The notes under the pieces: generated by a model | The model's input: the letters and a program-made list of their open reading frames with translations, nothing else | Told to the model about the DNA's origin: nothing | Databases searched by the model: none | Program-made: the position numbers and the translations under genes | Shown here: piece by piece, positions 39,373 to 49,495 of the stretch | Layout of the letters: every line of letters starts with the position of its first letter | How positions within the stretch are numbered: position 1 is the stretch's first letter | Source: an uncultured Gemmatimonadales bacterium | GTDB lineage: Bacteria > Gemmatimonadota > Gemmatimonadetes > Gemmatimonadales > Gemmatimonadaceae | Assembly (NCBI GenBank): GCA_963793305.1 | Contig: CAWBZV010000005.1 | Coordinates: forward strand, 64,001 to 128,000 | Direction of reading: 5' to 3' | Length of the DNA: 64,000 bases

Positions 39373-42300
39373 ATGACCGTCCCTGTCCGCCGCCGCGTCG
39401 TCGTTGCCCTGAGCGCGTTGATTCTCTTCGCGCTCGGCCTCGTCGTGGCCGCGGTCGGCGTCTCGGTCACCCAGACCGCGTGGGGTCGCGAGCAGATCCG
39501 CCGCATCATCGTCGCGCGCCTGCGGTCGGCCATCCATGGCCGCCTCTACGTGGGCCGCCTGGGCGGCAACCTGTTCACGAACATCGAGCTCGACTCGGTC
39601 GAGATCCGCGATCCCGAAGGGCGCCTCTTCTTCTCGGCCGGTCGGCTCTACGCCGAGTTCGACCCGCGCGACCTCGTCGACCAGCGCATTCTGCTGCAGC
39701 GCCTCGAGATCGAGCACCCGGTCGTGCGCATCGTGAAGTACCGGAAGACGGGCTGGAACTACAAGGAGATCTTCCCGGCCCCGCCCACGCCGCGCCGCAA
39801 GCTGCCACACGTCCGTGGGTTCGGCGACTACATCGTCGCCCAGAATACGAGGGTCCACGATGCATTCGATCGAGTACATCGAGCCGTGGGACCCGGACGA
39901 CTCGCTGCACGGCGCTCGGCGAGACAGCGCGATCAAGGCCCAGTTGGCGAAGCCGGATAGCAACGTCCGACAGTGGGGGTTCCCGGACGGGCTGATGCAC
40001 GCGTTTCGCTGGCGGCACAGCAGCGTCAAAGCCCACTATGTGCGGATCGCCGAGCCCGATACGGCAGGGCTGTACTTCGCGGTCGACACCGTGTCGAGCG
40101 ACGAGTCCGAGCCGAAGTTCAAGTTCCGAAATATTCGCGGCACCGCCCGGGTCAAGGGTGACTCGCTCTGGCTCAGCTTCCCGCACTTCGAGTTACCCGG
40201 CAGTGCCGGCCGCGCCGCGGGTGAATTGATCTTCGGTGGCGGCCAGCCCGTCCGCATCACCTTGCACGCGGTCGCCGATACGGCATCCCTCAACGACATC
40301 GCGTGGGTCTACCCGACGCTCCCCACACAGGGCGGTGGCTCGGTCACCGTCGATATCAAGAGTCACTCGGATCCGCACCTGATCGACTACACGCTGTCGA
40401 GAATGGACGTCAGCACCACCAAATCACGGTTCCGTGGCGCGATGACATTCACCGTCGGCGGGCAGTATCTCGGGGTTCGCAACATGTCGATCCGGGCTAC
40501 CCCGCTCGACTTCGCGTTTATTCGTCAGCTCTCGGGCCAGCCGTTCCCGGTCGACTACCAGGGGCAATTCACTGGAACCGTCTACGCGAAGGGCGGGCAG
40601 CTCAACGATTTCCTCGCCGACAGCATTCGCATGACGTTCGCCGATGCCCACGTGCCGGGCGCGATGTCTCAGTTCACGGGTCACGGGCTGCTGGACATTC
40701 ACGATCCGCAGGTCACGCGATTTCACGCGTTCCAGCTGAACGTCGGCCGCTTGGATCTCCGCACGTTGCAATTTCTCTATCCGGAATTTCCACGGTTAAA
40801 CGGCATAGTCGTTGGCCACGCTGTCCTGGACTCGCTCTGGGATGACATCCGATTGCGCGATGCTGACCTGACGCAAATCGACGGCCCTGACGAACCGACA
40901 CGCGCCACCGGAGGTGGGCGCGTCACGTTCGCCGATTCGAACGTACGCTATGACCTCGCGATGCAATTCGACCAGCTGTCCTTCGCGACGCTCCTGAGAT
41001 CGTACCCGGGCGCGTGGTTCCGCGGATCGTTCACGGGCCCGCTCAAGATGAAGGGCACGCTTGACGACCTCGATCTCTCGGCCGATTGGACGAGCGACGC
41101 GGGAGAAGTGAGCACGACGGGTCACTTCAACATCCTCGGCCCCGTGTTCGAGGCGAACGGGACGATGACGCTGACCAATGTCGATCTGCCGGTGCTGTTC
41201 GGCCGGCCCGCGGTACCGCATACGGATCTGACGCTCACGGCGCAGGGAGACATCGCGGGCGACTCGCTCCCACACATGCTCGGATCGCTCAAGCTGACGA
41301 TGGCCCGCTCGACGATCGACAGCGTTGCCGCGGACACGGGCCGCGCGACGCTCGGGTTCGGCGGTGGGACAATGCACATCGACTCGCTGCACGCCCAGAC
41401 CGCGGTCGCCGCGCTCGCCGCGCAGGGAGCCCTCGGCCTCGAATCGGGCCACCACGACTCGACCGCCTTCACGCTGTCCTTCGACTCCCTCGGCGCTCTC
41501 CGCCGCTACATGCCGGATGACACCGTGCACGGCGCGGCCCAGGTCAGCGGCATCCTCGCCGGTTGGCTCGACTCACTGACGGCAAAGGGCCGCGTCGATG
41601 CCACCGACCTGCGATACGGTCGCAACCGCGTGCACGGGGCCCAAGCGACATTCGACGTCGCCGGGCTCCCTCGCAACGCGTCGGGTACCGTCACGGTATC
41701 GCTCGATACGTTGCGGCTCTCGGGTATCGCGCTGGAGCAGGTGGTCGGCGAGGCGCGAATAGCCCACGGCCAGGAAACGCACGCGACCATGCACGCCGTG
41801 AGCGAGAGCGGACCAACGGCTGATGCCGGCGGCACAGTCATTGTGCACGGCGACACGACCGAGATGGTGCTCGACTCCTTGGCGCTGCGCACGCCCGGGA
41901 ATGACTGGCACCTCGATCATCCGGCTCACCTACGGAACGATCGGTCCGGCATGACCCTCGACTCCGTCGTCGCGCGCGGCGCGGTCGCCGGGTGGATCGC
42001 GGCCAAGGCCAAGCTGCCGCCCTCGGGGATGGTGGCGATTCACGTCAGCGGCGACAGCATTCCGCTGGCGGACCTCGGCGCGCTCGCCCAATCGCTCGAT
42101 CAGGCAGGCGGGACGGCCGGGTTCGACCTGAATATCGCCAACACACGTCAGAGCCCGATCATGCGGTTCACGGCGCGTCTCAAGAATGCCCGGCTCGGCG
42201 AGGTCGGTCTCGACGAGATCCTCACGGACGGCCATTACCGCAACCACCAGCTCGATCTGCACACCGATTTCGTGCAATACGGCGACACGGCGCTGCATGT

Positions 42301-43874
42301 GCACGTCTACTTGCCCGTGGATCTGGCCCTGGAGAACATCGGACTGCGCACGCTGGACGACTCATTGCGGGGCGAGCTGCGGTCCGACAGCGCGAAGCTG
42401 TCCACGATTCTCGGTGTGCTGCCCGACGTCAGCGACCCGAGCGGCTGGTTCACGGCCAACGTCGATCTTGGCGGCACCTGGCGCCACCCCACGCTCGACG
42501 GTCAGGTTCGCGTCGTCGATGGCGCGCTCGGCTTGGCGAACCTCGGCGTTCGCTGGAATAGTCTGAACGCGAGGCTCGACCTGAATGGCGACAGCCTGTC
42601 GCTGTCTCGGGTCTCGCTCGCCACCGAGGAAAACGATCGCCGCGGTGTGGCCATGCTCGGCGGTTGGATCACCTTCGCGGACCTCGACAACCCGAAATTC
42701 GATGTCTGGCTGCGCGCCGAGCACCTGCACGTGATCGATCGCCTACGCCTCGCCAATCTCACCGCCTCGACAAAGACGAGTTATGGCTCCATCGACACGC
42801 TCCGCCTGCGCGGCTCCGAGCAATCGTCCGAGCTCACCGGCACCGTGGTCGTTGATCAGGGCAGCATCTTCCTGCCGGATTTCAACAAAAAGCAGATCGT
42901 GAATCTCGACGACCCGGAGCTCTACAACCTCGTCGACACGTCGCTGTTGGTGAATCGCCGGCTGTTGCCCAACGGTCCGCCCAAACTCGTCGCCGGCCTG
43001 AACCTCAAGAACGTCTCGATCGACCTGGGTACCGATACATGGCTCAAGTCGACCGAAGCGAACATCAATTTGAACGGCACGGTCGACGTGACGACGGCTC
43101 GCTTGCCGCGGGACACGACGCGAGCGCTGGCGCTCACGGGCGCCGTCAGCGCGACGCGTGGTTCGTATGTGCTCAATCTCGGCCTCGTCCAACGCACATT
43201 CACCGTGGAGCAAGCCGGCACGATCACGTTCACCGGTGAGCCCGAGTTCAACCCGCAGCTCGACATCACGGCCGTGAACATCGTGCACCCCTCGGGCCAG
43301 TCGGCGCAGTACGTCAGGCCTGAGTTGAGAATCCAGGTGCATCTGGGCGGCACGCTGGACCATCTCCAACTGGGGCTGTCGAGCGCCGACAGCTTGCCCC
43401 AGTCCGATCTCATCAGTTACCTCGTGAGCGGGGTTCCGTCATACGAACTGAACCAGGCCAACAGTGGGGCACTGGCGACGTTCGATCGTGCTCCCGACCA
43501 TCGGGTCGGCGGTCGGCAGCCGGTTGACTGGTGGGCTCTTCGACACATTCCAAGTGCAAACGTACGGGTACCAACAGGGCCGCGTCGCGGCACCGTCGGC
43601 CTTTTCCCAAGCGCGCATCGGGGCCGGAAAGCAGGTCGGCCCAGATACGTTTATTAGTGCTGACTACGGCTTTTGCTCGGGCAGCCAGGGTGCCAACCCC
43701 GGCTATCAGCTGGGTGTTCGCGTGGACCAGCGTCTGACGCGCCAGTTGTCTTTGTCCGCGGCCTCGTCTCCTGGGACGACATATGCCTATTGCACGGGCT
43801 CGGGTGGCTACTCGGGATTCATTCCCACCCCCCGGCAATACGGGCTCGATCTCTTTCGCTCCTGGAGTTTCTGA
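39373..43874 (+). CDS. tamB: Translocation/assembly module TamB-like protein (about 1499 aa), two +1 frameshifts (about 39865 and 43481)
   Basis: N-terminal anchor helix, long beta-repeat region, DUF490-like C-terminus (FTGEPEFNPQLDITA, LSS..LPQSDLISYLV.G, AGKQVG, ends WSF). Three consecutive ORFs are each offset by +1. Confidence 0.85.
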
Positions 43875-43879
43875 ATAAA

Positions 43880-44788
43880 GTGGCCGCAATCACTCTTCCC
43901 GTCCGCCGGCGGGCGCTACTGGTCGTCAACCCCGCCTCGCGCCTCGGGAAGCGCTACCACCGGATCGCCCTCGCTGCCTTCAAGGCGGCTGGCGTCCGCT
44001 GCGACGCGGTCCTTACGGAGCACCAGGGACAGGGCGCCGAGATCGCGCGATCCCTGGCCCCGCGCTATGACATGGTGTTCACGCTCGGCGGCGACGGGAC
44101 CGCTATGGAGGTCGTAGGTGCCTTGGCGGGCACGGGACGGGTCGTCGGCATCCTGCCTGGCGGTACCGGCAATCTCATCGCGCGCACCCTGGGTATTCCG
44201 CTCAATATCAGGAAGGCGGTAGCCGTCCTGCTAACCGGGGAAGAGGCCCGGGTCGACCTGGGGCGGCTCTCAGTAGGGGGCCGCCATTTCGCGTTCGCCG
44301 CCGGCGTCGGGGTCGATGCGTCCATGATCGCCGAGGCCTCGTCAGACCTGAAGCGCCATCTTGGCGTACTCGCTTATGTGTTTAGCTGGACCCGGGCGGC
44401 GTTTCGGGGGGATCTCTTTCGGGTTAGGATCACCATCGACGGGGAAGTCGTCGAAAAAGAGGCTACCGCGGTGATGATCGCCAACTTCGGGGCAGTCCTG
44501 AACGACCTGATGACCCTTGGCCCTGGGATACGGCCAGATGACGCAAAGCTGGACTTATGCGTCTTCTCACCATACACCGCCTGGGATGCCGTACGGATCG
44601 CTTGGAAACTTCTTCGCAAGGACTTCACGTCCGACCCGTGCATGTTCTATCGTGCCGGACGTCAGTTCCGCATCGAGACCCTGCCGCCGCGCGTAGCGCA
44701 GGCGGACGGCGAGCTATTGGGGGACACACCATTCGAGGTCAGCGTCGAGCCGCTCGCGGCGCAGCTGCTGGTTCCTCGACGAACGTGA
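43880..44788 (+). CDS. Diacylglycerol/lipid kinase family protein (DagK/YegS-like)
   Basis: VVNPAS, GGDGT, LPGGTGN, GVGVDA, QADGE. Confidence 0.92.
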   Translation: MAAITLPVRRRALLVVNPASRLGKRYHRIALAAFKAAGVRCDAVLTEHQGQGAEIARSLAPRYDMVFTLGGDGTAMEVVGALAGTGRVVGILPGGTGNLIARTLGIPLNIRKAVAVLLTGEEARVDLGRLSVGGRHFAFAAGVGVDASMIAEASSDLKRHLGVLAYVFSWTRAAFRGDLFRVRITIDGEVVEKEATAVMIANFGAVLNDLMTLGPGIRPDDAKLDLCVFSPYTAWDAVRIAWKLLRKDFTSDPCMFYRAGRQFRIETLPPRVAQADGELLGDTPFEVSVEPLAAQLLVPRRT

Positions 44789-44795
44789 TCCCGTA

Positions 44796-46127
44796 ATGGC
44801 CAGCGTCCTCATCGTCGACGACGAGCCGGCGATCACGGCGACGCTCGGGACGTACTTCGAGCGGAACGGCGGGCACGCGGTCACGAAAGCGCATACGGGC
44901 CAGGAAGGGATCAATCTCTTCCGCCAGCTCCGCCCCGACCTCGTGCTCCTGGACGTGCGTCTGCCCGACATGACCGGCTTCGACGTGCTCGATCGCATTC
45001 GCGACGAGAACGGCACCGTCATCATGATCACGGCCTACGGCGACGTCCCGCTGGCCGTGCAGGCGATGCAGAATGGCGCCGAGAATTTTCTCACGAAGCC
45101 GGTCGAGCTGGCGCACCTGGGTGCGGCCGCCGAGCGGGCGTTCGAGAAGTCGCGGCTGCGCCAGATGAACCGGTTTCTGGCATCCCGTCGCGGCAACGCG
45201 TCTTCGGCTCGCGTGCTCCTGGGGTCCTCGGCGCCGATGCAGGAGCTGGCGAACCAGATCGAGATGCTCGCCTCCAGCGACCGCACGACGGTCTTACTGA
45301 TCGGCGAGAGCGGAGCAGGCAAGGGGCGAGTGGCCGAGTTGATCCACTCGCGCAGCGGCCGGGGCGCCCGACCCTTCATCGAAGTGAACTGCGCCGCGCT
45401 GACGGCCGACACGCTCGACGGCGAGTTGTTCGGGCACGACAACGGAGGTCCCAAGCCGGGGCTCTTCGAGGTGGCCGACGGCGGATCGCTCTTCTTGGAC
45501 GAAATCGGTGATTTGGGTCCGACATTACAACCGAAACTGCTGGGTGTACTCGAAGGGAAGCCGTTTCGGCGGGTCGGTGGCACGCAAGAAATTCACGCTG
45601 ATGTCCGCCTGATCGCGGCCACCAGCAAGGACCTCGTCAACGAAGTCACGGCCGGGACATTCCGCGAAGACCTGTACTATCGTCTGAGCGTGATGCCGGT
45701 GTACCTGCCGCCCCTGCGCGCCCGCTCGCGCGAGGATCTCATCGAGCTGATCGCGCACGTGCTCGATGATCTGCGATCGACGTTCCCGGACGCCCCGCCA
45801 CAAATCGGTGATGCGGCGCTCGATCGCATGCTGCGCTACACGTGGCCGGGCAACATTCGAGAGTTGCGGAATGTTCTGGAACGGGCGACCATCGTATCCC
45901 GTGGCGCCGACACGATCGGCCCAGAGCATCTCCCGGCGGATGTGCGCGACGCCACGGGCATTGGCGTCGAGCACCACGTCCCGAAGTCGCTCGATGAGGT
46001 CGAGCGCTCGCACATCGAGCGGACCTTGCGGGTGCACTCCGGCAATCGGACGCACGCGGCGCGCGAGCTCGGGATTTCCCGCGCGACGCTGATCAAGAAG
46101 ATTCGAGCCTATGGCCTCCATGACTAG
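44796..46127 (+). CDS. NtrC-like response regulator (REC-AAA+-HTH) lacking the GAFTGA loop
   Basis: VLIVDDE, LLDVRLPD, GESGAGKG, LFLDEIGD, FREDLYYRL, WPGNIREL, Fis HTH. Loop 1 reads ELFGHDNGGPKPGLFE. Confidence 0.93.
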   Translation: MASVLIVDDEPAITATLGTYFERNGGHAVTKAHTGQEGINLFRQLRPDLVLLDVRLPDMTGFDVLDRIRDENGTVIMITAYGDVPLAVQAMQNGAENFLTKPVELAHLGAAAERAFEKSRLRQMNRFLASRRGNASSARVLLGSSAPMQELANQIEMLASSDRTTVLLIGESGAGKGRVAELIHSRSGRGARPFIEVNCAALTADTLDGELFGHDNGGPKPGLFEVADGGSLFLDEIGDLGPTLQPKLLGVLEGKPFRRVGGTQEIHADVRLIAATSKDLVNEVTAGTFREDLYYRLSVMPVYLPPLRARSREDLIELIAHVLDDLRSTFPDAPPQIGDAALDRMLRYTWPGNIRELRNVLERATIVSRGADTIGPEHLPADVRDATGIGVEHHVPKSLDEVERSHIERTLRVHSGNRTHAARELGISRATLIKKIRAYGLHD

Positions 46128-46320
46128 CCCAACGCCTCCGGCGCCTCAGAGCCACGAGCGCGATGCGATGATCTGCCGCCGCTGCGGCAAAGAGGAGCGC
46201 GCGTCCGAAGGCTACCCGTGCATTTCGTGCGGCACATTCCTGTGCCTGATCTGCAGCTTCCGCGGGTACCAGTACTGCACCTCCTGTGAGCAGCAACGTC
46301 CGCCCGGGGGCACGAAATAA
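46120..46320 (+). CDS. Small 8-Cys (4 x CxxC) putative double zinc-finger protein, 66 aa
   Basis: C-x2-C-x11-C-x2-C-x4-C-x2-C-x7-C-x2-C. Overlaps the upstream gene by 8 nt, and its TAA overlaps the next ATG (TAATG). Confidence 0.8.
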   Translation: MTSPTPPAPQSHERDAMICRRCGKEERASEGYPCISCGTFLCLICSFRGYQYCTSCEQQRPPGGTK

Positions 46321-47069
46321 TGCTGCGCGTTCGCTCGAGTGTGGCGCCGCTCCTCGCCGAGCCACGGATCTCGAGCGAGCAGATCTCCGAGCTCGCATCC
46401 GGTCAACCGTTGACGGTGCTCACGACGCAAGGGGAATGGCTCCGCGTCTGCGGCGCCGACGGCTACCAGGGCTGGACCCATCGCGGGTACACCGCCGAGG
46501 GCGCCGACGGCGCGTGGCTCACGTCACTCGGCTGCACCATCGTGAGCGAGACCGGCGCGTTGCTCCCACTCCCGCTCGGCGCGCTCGTGCCACCGGGCGC
46601 CCACATCGTCGATGGCGGTGCGCTCTCGCCTGGCGAGTTGCGCGCCGCATTCCCGCCCACGCGCGCTTCGGTCACGCGCGCGGCCCGTACGGCTTTCTCC
46701 GGTGCGCCCTATGCCTGGGGTCGCGTCACGCCTTGGGGCGCCGACTGCTCGGGCTTCGTGCAAAGCATCTTCGGGTTGCATGGAGTTACGCTTCCGCGCG
46801 ATGCATGGCAGCAAGCACAGGCCGGAAGCCCGGTCGGCAAGCCCGGTGGCATCACCGACATCATGGCCGCCGACCTGCTGTTCTTCTCGAGTCGCGACGA
46901 CCGCCGCCCCACGCACGTCGGCATCGCGCTCGGCAACAGCCCACCCGCCATGGCCCACGTCGCCCTCGGCCGCGGGGGGCATGCGATTGATCGGTGGGAC
47001 GATGACGACGCCTACGTGCGCGCGCTGGTCTCCCAATTCGTCGCTGCGCGGCGCATCCCGCTGGACTAG
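46320..47069 (+). CDS. SH3-like + NlpC/P60 (C40) cysteine peptidase, YkfC-like
   Basis: WLRV...DGYQGW SH3b-like segment; PYAWG, ADCSGFVQ, LPRDAWQQ, THVG. No signal peptide. Confidence 0.9.
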   Translation: MLRVRSSVAPLLAEPRISSEQISELASGQPLTVLTTQGEWLRVCGADGYQGWTHRGYTAEGADGAWLTSLGCTIVSETGALLPLPLGALVPPGAHIVDGGALSPGELRAAFPPTRASVTRAARTAFSGAPYAWGRVTPWGADCSGFVQSIFGLHGVTLPRDAWQQAQAGSPVGKPGGITDIMAADLLFFSSRDDRRPTHVGIALGNSPPAMAHVALGRGGHAIDRWDDDDAYVRALVSQFVAARRIPLD

Positions 47070-47070
47070 A

Positions 47071-47499
47071 CTAGGACACCAGCCCGCCTCGCTGCGGCAC
47101 GACTGGCGAGACGATGCCGTTAACCTGGACCGCGGCTTCGGCGGTCGCGTGCCCGTCCAAGGCCACGGCCATGATGTATCGCCCCGGCACGTCGATAGGC
47201 AAATCGAGCGTCGCGATGAGCGGGAGGTCCATATCGCCCGCGCCCGGCGGCGCGTCGGCGATGCTGAGCTCCCCGCTCGATGACCACAGCTCGGTGCCCT
47301 GCGGATTGACCCACCGCAATGCCATCGTGTGCGTGCCAGCGTCGGCCCTTCCGCCCTTCAAGCGGACGACGAACGTGGCCCGTGGATGAACGGTAGGCAA
47401 GGTCGTGACTTGCACGGCGTCAAACACGCCGAGGATGTTGAGCTTACCCTCTTGCGAGAGGTTCGCCGCGTCGGCGAACAGTGCGAACGAAACGTGCAT
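47071..47499 (-). CDS. Conserved hypothetical protein (DUF6941-like)
   Basis: FALFADAANLSQEGKLNILGVFD N-terminus, beta-rich, PGRY. Start is ATG 47499 (or 47505). Confidence 0.7.
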   Translation of the reverse strand: MHVSFALFADAANLSQEGKLNILGVFDAVQVTTLPTVHPRATFVVRLKGGRADAGTHTMALRWVNPQGTELWSSSGELSIADAPPGAGDMDLPLIATLDLPIDVPGRYIMAVALDGHATAEAAVQVNGIVSPVVPQRGGLVS

Positions 47500-47516
47500 A
47501 CTCATAACTTACTTGC
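47500..47516. promoter_or_regulatory. Bidirectional overlapping -10 elements (putative divergent leaderless promoter)
   Basis: + strand: TAACTT (47505-47510), 6 nt, ATG 47517. - strand: TAAGTT (47511-47506), 6 nt, ATG 47499. Confidence 0.65.
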
Positions 47517-48203
47517 ATGGTCCTCGTTCTGTTCGATATCGACGGCACGCTCCTGACGGCCGCGGGCGCGGGCCGACGGGCGATCCACGGGGCGCTCCGT
47601 GACGTCTTTGGTGGCGTCGGTCCCGCCGACTATTGGTTCGATGGGAAGACCGATCCGCAAATCGTGCGGGATCTGATGCGCCACGAGGGCCACTCGGATG
47701 CCGTCATCGATGACCGCCTGACCACCGTTCTCACGCGGTATGCCGACCGCCTCGGCGCGGAACTCCAGGATCCGTCTCACGTTCCCATCGTGCACCCAGG
47801 CGTTCCCGAGATCCTCGACGCCCTGGAATCACATCCCGACGTGATCCTCGGTCTGCTCACAGGCAACATCGAATCGGGCGCGACGCAAAAGCTCCGAGCG
47901 GTCGGTCTAGACCCCGCGCGCTTCGTGATCGGTGCCTTCGGCTCGGATCATGAATCACGCTTGGAACTACCGGTGATCGCGGCCACCCGTGCGCAAGAAC
48001 GCCTTGGAGTCGATCCACCCCTAGTCGTGATAGGAGACACGCCGGCGGACGTTGCATGTGGCGCGGGCGCGAAGCGCCGCGCGATTGCCGTCGCGACGGG
48101 CCGCTATACGCTCCAGGAGCTGGTTGCCTGTGGCCCGGCGGCGGCATTCGAAGACTTGTCCGACACGGAGGCCGTCATGGCGGCTATCCTCGACAGTGCT
48201 TGA
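47517..48203 (+). CDS. HAD-superfamily hydrolase (phosphoglycolate phosphatase-like)
   Basis: LFDIDGTL, GKTD, LLTGN, GAFGSD, VIGDTPADV. Confidence 0.92.
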   Translation: MVLVLFDIDGTLLTAAGAGRRAIHGALRDVFGGVGPADYWFDGKTDPQIVRDLMRHEGHSDAVIDDRLTTVLTRYADRLGAELQDPSHVPIVHPGVPEILDALESHPDVILGLLTGNIESGATQKLRAVGLDPARFVIGAFGSDHESRLELPVIAATRAQERLGVDPPLVVIGDTPADVACGAGAKRRAIAVATGRYTLQELVACGPAAAFEDLSDTEAVMAAILDSA

Positions 48204-48771
48204 AGTCGAGCTCAAGGCAGTCGTCGACGATGCGACCGTCACGCGCGCGAAGTTAGAAGCCGCGGGCGCGATGTTGACGTTCGTTGGTCGCATGGAGGAT
48301 CGCCGCTACGATACACCGGATGGCCGGTTCGCGCGGCGCGACGTTGTCATTCGCCTTCGCGTGTATCTCCCGACTGACGGTGGACCGGGGGAAGCGTTCC
48401 TCGACTGGAAAGGCGCATCGTCCAGCGACAGCGGCTACAAAGTCCGCGATGAGCTCTCGACGACTGTCGGCGATGCCAATACGCTGGCTATGATCCTCGA
48501 CCGCCTCGGATTCATCGTCACGCGCGAAGTCGATCGCCAGATTTGGCAGTACACGCTCGGATCGGCCATGGTACGATTCGAGCAGTACCCTCGCATGGAC
48601 GTGCTGCTGGAGGTCGAAGGCTCCCCCGATGCGATCGAGGATGCCATCGCCACGACGGGCATTCCACGCTCGGCGTTCTCCGACGAGCGGTTGCTCGACT
48701 TCGTCGCGCGATACGAAGAGCGCACGGGGCTCGATGCCGCCCTCTCCGACCGCGAGCTAGCCAATGCCTGA
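48196..48771 (+). CDS. CYTH domain protein (class IV adenylate cyclase / triphosphate tunnel metalloenzyme)
   Basis: EVELK N-terminal motif, D.RYD, IRLRV, KVRDE, LEVEG. Start GTG 48196. Confidence 0.85.
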   Translation: MLEVELKAVVDDATVTRAKLEAAGAMLTFVGRMEDRRYDTPDGRFARRDVVIRLRVYLPTDGGPGEAFLDWKGASSSDSGYKVRDELSTTVGDANTLAMILDRLGFIVTREVDRQIWQYTLGSAMVRFEQYPRMDVLLEVEGSPDAIEDAIATTGIPRSAFSDERLLDFVARYEERTGLDAALSDRELANA

Positions 48772-49495
48772 AGTCTCCACGATTTGGGCCCTCTGGAGAG
48801 GCCACGAGCTCTCAGGCACCGGCTCGGCCACGCTCACGGCCGATGTCGTCATGATCTCGGCGGGCACCTCGCGGCTCGCCATACCCATCGAGCAGCTCGA
48901 TGGCGCCCATATCGAGCCCGCGCACCTCACGTTGTTCCACCACTCGGGCGATGTCATCGAAATCGGCAGCGCCGATGCCGTTCGCCTGGGTCGCGACATC
49001 GTGGCCCATGCATGCGAGATCCCGGAGCTCACTGTGCCATTGCGGGCCTTGGGTTCAACTCGGGCGCGCCCTGGAGTAGACCACGATCGTTTCTTCGGAC
49101 CTTTCCTCGCGGCACGACGCGCCGCCGCGCGCGCGCCTGATCCGGAAGGCCGCCTCGCCGCGGTCGACGCCAAGGCGATCGCCACGGCCGTTGGTACGAC
49201 GGTGCGAGAGCTCGCCACCGAGCGCTATCCGAAGCAACCGGCGGAGCGCCGAGCGATGGAGGCGGAGCTCGCGGACCTCGCCGAGCCGGTCGTCGCTTCG
49301 CTGGAGACGCTGGCCGCTGCCGCGGACGCCGCGCGCGCGGGCCCCGATGACGTCAAATTCGTGCGCTGGCGCGCCTGGGCCAACGCCTACCGCGATGTCT
49401 TCCGCGCCGCCGACCAATGCTGGCTCGCCGCGATCGGCTCCGCGCTCGGCCCGCGCGCGGCCCACAAACGCGAGCGGTTCGGCTGGCGCCGATGA
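48764..49495 (+). CDS. Hypothetical protein
   Basis: 243-aa ORF overlapping both neighbours in the same direction; no family recognised. Confidence 0.75.
   Translation: MPEVSTIWALWRGHELSGTGSATLTADVVMISAGTSRLAIPIEQLDGAHIEPAHLTLFHHSGDVIEIGSADAVRLGRDIVAHACEIPELTVPLRALGSTRARPGVDHDRFFGPFLAARRAAARAPDPEGRLAAVDAKAIATAVGTTVRELATERYPKQPAERRAMEAELADLAEPVVASLETLAAAADAARAGPDDVKFVRWRAWANAYRDVFRAADQCWLAAIGSALGPRAAHKRERFGWRR

Noticed and set aside
2338..43874. Calling the GT-C gene, glcD, the GT2 fusion, the kinase and tamB pseudogenes
   Set aside because: Each break is a single +1 indel with both halves intact and no other decay, and core genes (ruvB, mutY) show the same pattern. Sequencing error is more parsimonious.
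44050..44620. Patches of seemingly lower GC3 inside genes (also about 7150-7950, 15050-15700, 17400-17700, 58260-58700) as possible horizontal transfer
   Set aside because: The patches lie within continuous housekeeping ORFs with no mobility signals, and I could not quantify the composition.
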